From a virus: 64,000 bases of DNA. Made by a program: the position numbers and the translations under genes. Below are positions 44,541-52,417 of the stretch, one piece after another. Every line of letters starts with the position of its first letter. Position 1 is the stretch's first letter. The stretch lies in the IMG/VR virus record IMGVR_UViG_3300014720_000002; one strand, given 5' to 3'. Under the pieces are notes generated by a model that searched no databases, was not told where the DNA came from, and saw nothing but the letters and a program-made list of their open reading frames with translations.

Positions 44541-45245
44541 ATGCCTGACGCCGGCGTCTCCCTTTTTGCAGCAGCTTTCGGATTGCAGCTTGTGCTGGGC
44601 TTGTCGCTAGTGATCCAACTGCTGGCCTGCTGGTGGTGCTGGCGCATGGTTTCCATCCGTGAGGGCGCCCGGCGGATTGGCTGGTTTCTGCTGGGTCTCG
44701 GGCTGGGCTTGATGGCGGTGCGCCGTGGCGCCACGCTGTTCAACCTGGCCCTGGAGGACACTGAGTGGGTATCCGACCACTTCTACCTGCTCACCTCCAT
44801 CCTGCTAGGATCGGCCGTCTATCTGCTGCGCCGTGGCTTCCAGGAGGAACTGGACCAGTGGCGCGAACTGGCTGAACAGCAGCCGACGATGGTGTGGATG
44901 GCCGGCGCCAACGGCGAGACCCTGTTCGTCAACCGGCACTACGCCAGCTACTCCGGCCTGACCACCAAGGACTGCTGGCACTGGGGCTGGCTGAACCTGA
45001 TCCACCCGGAGGACGTGGACCGCGTCACCAAGGCATGGCTGAGCAGCCTGAAGGACGGACAGCCGTTTGAGGTCCGGGAGCGCCTGCGGCGGTGTGACGG
45101 CACGTATCGCTGGCATCTCTGTCGCGCCTGGCCCATCAAGGACGGACGCGGCCGGGTGGTCCGGTGGTATGGCAGCAACACGGACGTGCACGATTTTCAG
45201 GAGGCGACCAGCTTCTTCACTGGAGGGAAAGACACACCGTCATGA
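44541..45245 (+). CDS. Membrane-anchored PAS/PAC domain protein without kinase domain
   Basis: Three N-terminal TM helices; VNR...WLNLIHPED...RLRRCDGTYRW...WYGSNTDVHD. Confidence 0.85.
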   Translation: MPDAGVSLFAAAFGLQLVLGLSLVIQLLACWWCWRMVSIREGARRIGWFLLGLGLGLMAVRRGATLFNLALEDTEWVSDHFYLLTSILLGSAVYLLRRGFQEELDQWRELAEQQPTMVWMAGANGETLFVNRHYASYSGLTTKDCWHWGWLNLIHPEDVDRVTKAWLSSLKDGQPFEVRERLRRCDGTYRWHLCRAWPIKDGRGRVVRWYGSNTDVHDFQEATSFFTGGKDTPS

Positions 45246-45727
45246 GCATGAACGATGAAGATCTGAAAAAGGCGTTGGGGCATCTGAAGGACGAGATCCG
45301 GACGCTGCGTTCGCGCGCTGACACCATGGTGGCGTCAGGCGACGCGCAGTATCGAGGCGTCGCCGATGAACTGCGCAAGCTGCAGGACTCGCTGGACCTC
45401 TGCATGAAGGAGGTCAAGGAACTGCCCCGGGTCATGGAGGTGGTGCTGCGCATCAAGAACGCGCTGTCAGGCCCGGAGGATGGTTCGGCCGACGGCTTCT
45501 TCTCCAAGGTGCGTCGCCTGCGGGAAGACCTGGATGCGCTGGTCACCAAAGTCAACACCGCCCAGCCCACGCACATGTTCATCACGCGTGACTCCAAGGA
45601 ATGGACGGAGATGACCCAGACCGTCAAGGAACTCGACAAGATCCGCCATCAGCAGATCGGAGCCATTGCCGCCGCCTCCACCATAGGCGGCCTGTTGGGC
45701 TTTGGCCTCAGCTTCCTCTTCAAGTGA
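45242..45727 (+). CDS. Coiled-coil protein with C-terminal TM anchor
   Basis: Heptad-like helices; ends IGAIAAASTIGGLLGFGLSFLFK. Confidence 0.7.
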   Translation: MSMNDEDLKKALGHLKDEIRTLRSRADTMVASGDAQYRGVADELRKLQDSLDLCMKEVKELPRVMEVVLRIKNALSGPEDGSADGFFSKVRRLREDLDALVTKVNTAQPTHMFITRDSKEWTEMTQTVKELDKIRHQQIGAIAAASTIGGLLGFGLSFLFK

Positions 45728-46239
45728 GCAGCAGCCCCAACACCGCCTACCTGCTGAGAGCCGCCAACGACCTGGCTAGAGACCTGGGGGTCTGCGCGCC
45801 CATACGGGTGCTCATCGTGGATGACGACCAGGAGTCCTGCTTCAATCTGCGCCGGGTCATGGTGGAGTTGTCGGGTGTGGACTACCAGGTGGACATCGAG
45901 ATGGACCCGATGCGGGCCAAGTCGCGGATGGCCGAGCAGCTTTACGACATCTACATCGTGGACCAGAACCTGGGGCACGGTATCATGGGGCTGGACCTGA
46001 TTGCCGACCTGCAACGAGAGGGCTGGCACTCGCCCTTCATCATGGTGACCGGCAGTCCGCTGCATGACCGTCAGGCCATGGCGCAGGACTGCATGGCCTA
46101 CAAGCTGAAGTCGGAACTCACGTCGCCGGACATGATCGACCGGACCATACGCTTCTCGCTCAAGAACTTCTGGACCCGGGAATGCGCGGGTCACTGCAAA
46201 CATGAAGAACCAAAGTCCCCAAGCCTATCTCCGGCGTAA
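45724..46239 (+). CDS. Stand-alone response-regulator receiver domain protein
   Basis: VLIVDDD, YIVDQNL (phospho-Asp), GLDL, IMVTG, YKLK. Confidence 0.85.
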   Translation: MSSSPNTAYLLRAANDLARDLGVCAPIRVLIVDDDQESCFNLRRVMVELSGVDYQVDIEMDPMRAKSRMAEQLYDIYIVDQNLGHGIMGLDLIADLQREGWHSPFIMVTGSPLHDRQAMAQDCMAYKLKSELTSPDMIDRTIRFSLKNFWTRECAGHCKHEEPKSPSLSPA

Positions 46240-46387
46240 GCAGGCGGGTGGGCTGGCGCCGAACACCTTCCCCTCCGGACGGGTGGCGGTGCCGCGCTTC
46301 GAGCAGGGCTTTGCGGTCACCACGCCGACCCGCCGGCTGGGAACGCCGCTCAAGATCCAGGCGGTCGTCTATATCGGAGCGTCGTGA
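46202..46387 (+). CDS. Small hypothetical protein
   Basis: 61 aa, RKQAG motif. Confidence 0.5.
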   Translation: MKNQSPQAYLRRKQAGGLAPNTFPSGRVAVPRFEQGFAVTTPTRRLGTPLKIQAVVYIGAS

Positions 46388-46443
46388 ATTGATTTGCCCA
46401 GCCTGCTTCCGGGCGTTAGGGTGACCGTCAACAAAACGCGCTT

Positions 46444-46848
46444 ATGCCAGGACATATCAACAACGAGGACGTCAAGGCGGACTACCTGACGGACTTCAGT
46501 CTCTACGGGTCGGCCACCGGCGGCGTCGCTGCGGTGCTCAATAACCTTGCGCCGCTCGACCTGCTCAAGTCGGTCACGGCCGCGCGCAACCGTCTGCTGA
46601 TTGTCCCGCGCAAGACCAGCGGTGCTGGGGCCGGCACCGCCAAGTTCAAGGTGCACGCCAAGCTGCCCGGCACGCTGGACGCCGTGTGGGTGCTCGTGGC
46701 CGAGACCACCAGCTTCGGCGCGGCCGACAAGCTGGTCCGGTTCGACAACCTGCCGGCCGGCATTCTGGTGGTCGAGACCGTGGTCGAGACTTCCGGTGAC
46801 GTGGTGGCCGTGCACGTTGCGCACAACGAGAACACCGGCGTTCTGTAA
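46444..46848 (+). CDS. Hypothetical beta-rich protein
   Basis: 134-aa ORF with strong GC3 bias. Confidence 0.7.
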   Translation: MPGHINNEDVKADYLTDFSLYGSATGGVAAVLNNLAPLDLLKSVTAARNRLLIVPRKTSGAGAGTAKFKVHAKLPGTLDAVWVLVAETTSFGAADKLVRFDNLPAGILVVETVVETSGDVVAVHVAHNENTGVL

Positions 46849-46861
46849 TCCTCTCCCAGCC

Positions 46862-47131
46862 ATGGCGGTCTATGTGGACAACCAGCGGCTGCCGTTCCGG
46901 GGCATGCTGATGTCCCACCTGGTGGCTGACACCGAAGCCGAGCTTCATGCGATGGCCGGCCATCTCGGCCTGCGCCGCAACTGGTTCCAGAACAATCCGC
47001 GCGGCACGCCCCACTATGATGTCTGCCAGGCCACTCGGTTGAAGGCCCTGCAGGCGGGCGTGTTGCCCGTGGACCGGTCCAGACTGGTGGCCGTCATCCG
47101 CCGGCTGCGCGAACAACGGAGGTCCGCGTGA
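46862..47131 (+). CDS. DUF4031-family protein
   Basis: MAVYVD...SHLVADT..ELHAMA..LGL...WFQ...HYDV. Confidence 0.75.
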   Translation: MAVYVDNQRLPFRGMLMSHLVADTEAELHAMAGHLGLRRNWFQNNPRGTPHYDVCQATRLKALQAGVLPVDRSRLVAVIRRLREQRRSA

Positions 47132-50130
47132 AAGCCATCGACCTGATGGTGAAGAGCCTCCTGCCGCCGGACCTCTACGACCCGGCGCGGCGCTACAACA
47201 AGAAGGGCATCGACGCCCTGCTGGCCGAAGTCGCGCGCCGCTATCCTGACCGCTATGCCGACATCGCTGAGGGGCTGGCGGACCTGGGGCGCAACACCGC
47301 CTACTTCCAGGGCGAGACGCTGACGCTGGCGGACATGAAGGCGCCGTTCAACAAGCAGGAGGAGTTCGCCAAGATGGACGCGGAACTGGGCGCCGTGGAG
47401 CACAGCGACCTGAAGGATGACGAGAAGCGTCAGCAACGGCTCAAGATCTGGGAGCGGTATGCCGGCCAGTTGGAGAAGCAGACGGTGGACGCGTCCATCC
47501 GTGCCGGCAGCAACCTGGCCAACACCGTGGTGTCCGGGGCGCGCGGCAATCCATTCCAGTTGAAGGCGATGGTCACCACACCTGCACTCTACACCGACTA
47601 CCGCGACCGCCCGGTCGAGTTGTTTGTGCGCAACAGCTTTGGCGAAGGACTGCGCCCGGCCGAGTATCTGGCCTCTACGTTCGGTGTGCGCAAGTCCGTC
47701 ATCTCGACAAAAAACCTCACGGCCGAAGGCGGAGACATGCTCAAGCAGTTGATGCAGGTGTCCACGCCGCTCATCGTCACCGCCAAGGACTGCGACACCA
47801 CCAACGGCCTGGACTTCGCCGCCGATGACGACGCGCTGCGTGGCCGCATCCTGGGCCAACCTGCCGCTGGCATTCCCGCCGGCACGCCCATCGACCGCGA
47901 GGTGATGAACAAGCTGCGCCAGGCCAAGGTGAAGACGGTGATCGCGCGCAGCCCGATGACCTGTCAGGCGAAAGAGGGCATCTGCTCCAAGTGCCTTGGC
48001 CTGCTGCCGGAAGGCAAGCTGGCGCCGCTGGGTTATGCGGCCGGGATTACGGCCGCGCAGGCCACAGGTGAACCGGTGACGCAGGGGGCTCTTAACTGCT
48101 TGGTGGAAGGGACGCTGGTGCGGATGGCTGATTTTTCGGTGCGTCCTATTGAATCTGTGCGCGTAGGTGACTGGGTGCTTGGGTCGGATAAACAAGGCCA
48201 GACCTTTCCGGTAGAAGTCATAGGTAAGTGGGACCAAGGGTTGCAATCAGCCCACGAGTTCTCGTATCGCATGGGTAACACCAGAAGGTTGTTGACGTTG
48301 CAAGCTACCGTCGAACATCCATTGCTCTCCAACAAGAAGGTGTATGGTAATCACAAATCACCGAACAACCGCAGGGTAGTGATGTTGAAGGCAGGTTATC
48401 CACATAAGAACCTTGGGGTGGTTTTGCCAGTAGATAACAAACATGCAGGCGTGGACGAGCCATTGGCTATGCTGGTCGGCGTTTGGCTTGGCGATGGAAT
48501 TCGCAACGGACCCGACAACCCTGAGTTGAGAATGTCGTGCGCTGATGCTACGCAGATGCAGAGACTTGGAGAGATTTACGCGGCCCTTAATCTCAAGTTC
48601 ACTAAAAGAAAAAGATCGTTTGACTGGGGCATAACCCAATTAAAAGACAGCGTGCGGCAGGATGAAAAAACCGGTCGGCTTGTAGCTGGGCTAAGGAATA
48701 CCATAAAGCTGCGGCTGGAGCAGATGCGACTACTTCGTTGCTACGCGCACGAAAAGTTCATACCCCGCGAGGTGTGGAATTGGAATCAGTCCAGCATAAC
48801 CAGCCTAGTGGCTGGTTATTTGGCCACCGACGGCAGCGTGTATCGTAACAAAGAGGGGCACGTAGGTCTGAGCTTTGGGTCAGTGTCCAAGCAACTTCTG
48901 GAGGATCTTCGCGAGCTTTTAGCTGTCCGGCTGTGTGTGTATGGCTCGGAAATTAGCTGCACAGGAGAGGCTGGTAGCGGAAATCGCGTGCACGCCATGT
49001 GGCAGTTTTACATCACACGTCACGATCAAGTCGAAAGGCTGGCGTCCCTGATTCCAGAAATACCCGGCGTCAAGGACGCTCGGCTTCGTCAGTATCTGCG
49101 TGAGGTAACTTACGCCAAGCAACACACTGAGGGATTTTATCGGGCGCTGAGGGTGGGCATTGTTCCGATCGGACCACAGCAATGCTGGGATTTGACCGTG
49201 GATCATCCTGACCATCTGTTCGTCCTGGCCAGCGGCATCATCTGCAGCAACACCAAACATTCCGGCGGCGGATTCTCCGGTGGCAAGAAGCAGTTCGCCG
49301 GACTGCCCATCATCACGCAGTTCATCCAATCGCCCGAGGTGTTCCCACATCGCGCGGCCACTGCCCACCTGGACGGACGGGTGGAGGCCATCGACGAGGC
49401 GCCCCAGGGTGGCACGTTCATCACGGTGGCCGGACAGCAGCACTTTGCCCTGCCTGGTTACGAGCCGACGGTGAAGGTGGGCGATGAGGTCGAGGCCGGG
49501 GATTCGTTGAGTGAGGGCATTGTCGATCCCGCCGACGTGGTGAATTTCCGCGGGCTGGGCGAGGCCCGTCGCTACTACGCTGACCGGCTGGGGCAGATCC
49601 TTTCCGACAGCGGTGCCGGCAATCCTTCCAAGCTGAACATGGAGACGCTGGCCCGCGCCACGCTGGACCATGTGCGGGTCAACGACCCAGACGGGCTGGG
49701 CGACTATCTGGTGGATGACCTCGCCTCCTACAACCGGGTGGCGCCGGACTATTCGCCGCCGGCGGACACCAAGCCATTGTCGCTGGAGAAGGCCAAGGGG
49801 ATGTATCTCCAGTCACCAGCCCTGCACTACACCATCGGCACCCGGCTCACACCCCGGATGCTCAAGCATCTCGGCACGGTGGGTTTCCAGCAGGTCAACG
49901 CAAGCCCCACGGCGCCCACCTTCACCCCGGAGATGGTCCGGCTGCGGGGCGCCAACTTCAGCAACCCCGACTGGCTGGCCAAGCTGGACACGAGCTACCT
50001 CTCCACCAACCTGGCCGGCGATGCCGCGCGTGCGCGCGATACCGACGTGGGGGAGAATGTTCACTTTGCGCCGCGCCTGGCGGTTGGTGTAGGCTTCGGC
50101 CAGAAGGTCGAGCAGACGGGCAAGTTCTGA
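47128..50130 (+). CDS. rpoC: RNA polymerase beta-prime C-terminal part (bridge helix, Zn site, trigger loop) with intein
   Basis: SGARG, SFGEGL...STFGVRK, KDCDT, RSPMTC...GICSKC, AAQATGEPVTQGALN|TKHSGG; a phage fragment, not full rpoC. Confidence 0.9.
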   Translation: MKAIDLMVKSLLPPDLYDPARRYNKKGIDALLAEVARRYPDRYADIAEGLADLGRNTAYFQGETLTLADMKAPFNKQEEFAKMDAELGAVEHSDLKDDEKRQQRLKIWERYAGQLEKQTVDASIRAGSNLANTVVSGARGNPFQLKAMVTTPALYTDYRDRPVELFVRNSFGEGLRPAEYLASTFGVRKSVISTKNLTAEGGDMLKQLMQVSTPLIVTAKDCDTTNGLDFAADDDALRGRILGQPAAGIPAGTPIDREVMNKLRQAKVKTVIARSPMTCQAKEGICSKCLGLLPEGKLAPLGYAAGITAAQATGEPVTQGALNCLVEGTLVRMADFSVRPIESVRVGDWVLGSDKQGQTFPVEVIGKWDQGLQSAHEFSYRMGNTRRLLTLQATVEHPLLSNKKVYGNHKSPNNRRVVMLKAGYPHKNLGVVLPVDNKHAGVDEPLAMLVGVWLGDGIRNGPDNPELRMSCADATQMQRLGEIYAALNLKFTKRKRSFDWGITQLKDSVRQDEKTGRLVAGLRNTIKLRLEQMRLLRCYAHEKFIPREVWNWNQSSITSLVAGYLATDGSVYRNKEGHVGLSFGSVSKQLLEDLRELLAVRLCVYGSEISCTGEAGSGNRVHAMWQFYITRHDQVERLASLIPEIPGVKDARLRQYLREVTYAKQHTEGFYRALRVGIVPIGPQQCWDLTVDHPDHLFVLASGIICSNTKHSGGGFSGGKKQFAGLPIITQFIQSPEVFPHRAATAHLDGRVEAIDEAPQGGTFITVAGQQHFALPGYEPTVKVGDEVEAGDSLSEGIVDPADVVNFRGLGEARRYYADRLGQILSDSGAGNPSKLNMETLARATLDHVRVNDPDGLGDYLVDDLASYNRVAPDYSPPADTKPLSLEKAKGMYLQSPALHYTIGTRLTPRMLKHLGTVGFQQVNASPTAPTFTPEMVRLRGANFSNPDWLAKLDTSYLSTNLAGDAARARDTDVGENVHFAPRLAVGVGFGQKVEQTGKF
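48097..49251 (+). mobile_element. Intein with LAGLIDADG homing endonuclease in the trigger loop (385 aa, Cys...Ser-Asn | Thr)
   Basis: CLVEGTLV start; VGVWLGDG and AGYLATDGS; WDLTVDHPDHLFVLASGIICSN end; DNA visibly more AT-rich than flanks. Confidence 0.92.
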
Positions 50131-50145
50131 TAACCTTCTGAGCAA

Positions 50146-50697
50146 ATGAACCACTTGACCAAGCTCTCGTTCGTGAAGGCGTCGCTGACGGCGGACACGG
50201 CGCTCATGGGTGCATCCATCATTCCCGGATTTGTGGGCGCTGGTGCCAGTCTGGGACAAGCTGGGCTGAATTTTTCACGGGGCAATTACTGGAGTGGTCT
50301 GGGTAATGCGGCCTTTGCGCCATTGGCATTTTTCGGCGGTGGTGCAATGCTGGCCGGACTGAAAGGGACTGTGCGTGGCGCCAAGGCGCTGGCGGGTTTC
50401 AAGAAGACTGCTCCTGGTCTGAGTGGCGTCGCCAAGAACATGATGGTGCCGACCATGGGTGCCAACTCGGCGCTGGGTAAGACAATCGTCAATCGTCCTG
50501 GCATGGCGACGGTGGCGGGCTTGGGTGCGCCGGCTCTGGCTAACTCCGCCCAAGGTATCGCCGACGACGCCAAGCAGATGAACCTGACCCGTCAGCAATG
50601 GAGCGGTGCGTTCTCAAACTTTATGGACGGACGGCGCGGCGAAGCACATGACCCCGTCAACGCCGGCGCCACCGGGAATCCTAATCTTTACACCTGA
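50146..50697 (+). CDS. Gly/Ala-rich hydrophobic putative virion protein
   Basis: TKLSFVKAS N-terminus; GxxxG helices. Confidence 0.7.
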   Translation: MNHLTKLSFVKASLTADTALMGASIIPGFVGAGASLGQAGLNFSRGNYWSGLGNAAFAPLAFFGGGAMLAGLKGTVRGAKALAGFKKTAPGLSGVAKNMMVPTMGANSALGKTIVNRPGMATVAGLGAPALANSAQGIADDAKQMNLTRQQWSGAFSNFMDGRRGEAHDPVNAGATGNPNLYT

Positions 50698-50729
50698 CCC
50701 TGCTTCCATTACCGTCGCCCAGCATCAGT

Positions 50730-51398
50730 ATGAGCAACCTCGCCAAGAAAGCTTTTGCCGAAGGATTCGCACGGCGCCAGCAACAGCTTGCCTCCGGCCT
50801 GGTGAAGTCGGCCATCCCCTCGCGCGCCGGCATGTTCATCGATCCCCGGCGCGCAGCGTATGTGGAGGCGCTCGGGCGTGATCTTTTCAAGAAGGTCAAG
50901 ACGGACAAGGGTCTGTTGAGCGGTCTGCGCGCTTCCATGCTGGGTGGCTATGAGGGTTACGACCGGCTGGGCTGGGCACAGCGCAACTACGTGGACAGCA
51001 TGCGCGCTCTTCAGAAGAAGCTCCGCGCCGCCCGTTCCGTGGGCAGCACGTCGGCTGAGCGCGCGATCCAGGCCGAGATGTCCCGGGCAAAGACGACGTT
51101 CAACGACACGAGCAAGCGGCTCTATCAGGAAGTTGGCACCACGGCGGAAGCGCGCATGCCGTTGATCGACACCGCCCTGCCGGCTGCTGGTGCCGCTGGT
51201 CTGGCCGGCGCTGGCGCACTGGGGATCGGCAATGTCACGGGTGCCAACTCGCAGCGCTGGGAGGATTACAACCACCAGGCGCAGATGCCGCTGCTCGAAC
51301 GGCTCCGTAATGTTTTCGCGCCGCAATCTGTGGCGCGTGATCAGTTCAATTCCTCCACGATGCCTCGTGGAGCCATGCCCAACTCGAATCACCAATGA
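50730..51398 (+). CDS. Putative virion protein
   Basis: VKSAI motif; AAGAAGLAGAGALG helix. Confidence 0.7.
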   Translation: MSNLAKKAFAEGFARRQQQLASGLVKSAIPSRAGMFIDPRRAAYVEALGRDLFKKVKTDKGLLSGLRASMLGGYEGYDRLGWAQRNYVDSMRALQKKLRAARSVGSTSAERAIQAEMSRAKTTFNDTSKRLYQEVGTTAEARMPLIDTALPAAGAAGLAGAGALGIGNVTGANSQRWEDYNHQAQMPLLERLRNVFAPQSVARDQFNSSTMPRGAMPNSNHQ

Positions 51399-52408
51399 AG
51401 ACTCTTCTCCCGGCAATCTATCTCGCCAACCGCAACCAGATGGTGAAGGAGGCCGACATGGCCGGTCTGCTTGGGCGTGGGCTCGGCTATGCCTTTCGTG
51501 GCGGTGCCGCTGCACCCGGACTTGCGCGGCGTGGGCTTGCCGCCACAGCCCGAGGTGTTGAAGCCATGCCCGGTCTGGCTCGGCAAGGTCTGCGTTCTAC
51601 CGCGCAGTTCGTCGAGAACATGCCTGGGCGCGTTGCTCGGGGTCCGGTTGGAAATGCTTACCGCTCTGGTGTGGCAAATTTTCGTGAAGGTGCCGGTTTT
51701 TCTTTGTCGCCGGACCAGGCTTGGCTGAGAATGACGCAGCGTGGAGATCAGTTTGCGCGCAGCCAGACGCCCTGGTTGCAGCGTTCAGTAGGCTTCAACT
51801 CCAATGGACTGGCGACCTTGGCTGGCACAGGGGCGGTAGGTGCTGGCGTGAGCGGATGGAACAGCCACCAGCTTGGATCTGACTGGGGGCAACAGACACT
51901 CCAGGCTGGCCGTGGCATGGCGCCTAGTTTCCACATGCCGGGCATTCAGTCGCCGGTGCAGATGAGTGTCCGTTCGCCGTTCAAGAGCGCAAGCTGGACC
52001 GGGCATTGGGTGAAGGTGGCAGGCACTCCGCTTCAGACCGGTATTCAGATAGCCATGCAAAAGACGGCACCCGCCTTGGGGGCCGCTGGAAAAGCTCTTA
52101 CACCCGCAATGGAGGCGGCCAAGCAAAGTCTCCCTTATCTGATGCCGCACAGGTCGTGGCTGAAGCACACACCCGAGGCAATCCGCCCTTATGCGATGGG
52201 CGCCCTCACCAGCGGCCCCGGACGCTGGATTCAAGATAATCCTGGCACGTCCGGTCTCATAGCCGGTGCCGGCCTCATGCGTGGCGGCGAATATGCGCGC
52301 AACACCGTCCGTGAAAACCGCATCGCCAACCTGAGCCCGATGGAACGGCTGATGATGGCGGGCGGGCTGATCTTCAACCCGCAGAGTGTCGCCAGCCGGC
52401 TCTACTAA
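51395..52408 (+). CDS. Gly/Ala/Arg-rich putative virion protein
   Basis: VKEAD, FKSAS, VKVAG, QKTAP motifs separating segments. Confidence 0.7.
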   Translation: MKTLLPAIYLANRNQMVKEADMAGLLGRGLGYAFRGGAAAPGLARRGLAATARGVEAMPGLARQGLRSTAQFVENMPGRVARGPVGNAYRSGVANFREGAGFSLSPDQAWLRMTQRGDQFARSQTPWLQRSVGFNSNGLATLAGTGAVGAGVSGWNSHQLGSDWGQQTLQAGRGMAPSFHMPGIQSPVQMSVRSPFKSASWTGHWVKVAGTPLQTGIQIAMQKTAPALGAAGKALTPAMEAAKQSLPYLMPHRSWLKHTPEAIRPYAMGALTSGPGRWIQDNPGTSGLIAGAGLMRGGEYARNTVRENRIANLSPMERLMMAGGLIFNPQSVASRLY

Positions 52409-52417
52409 CGCAATCTC

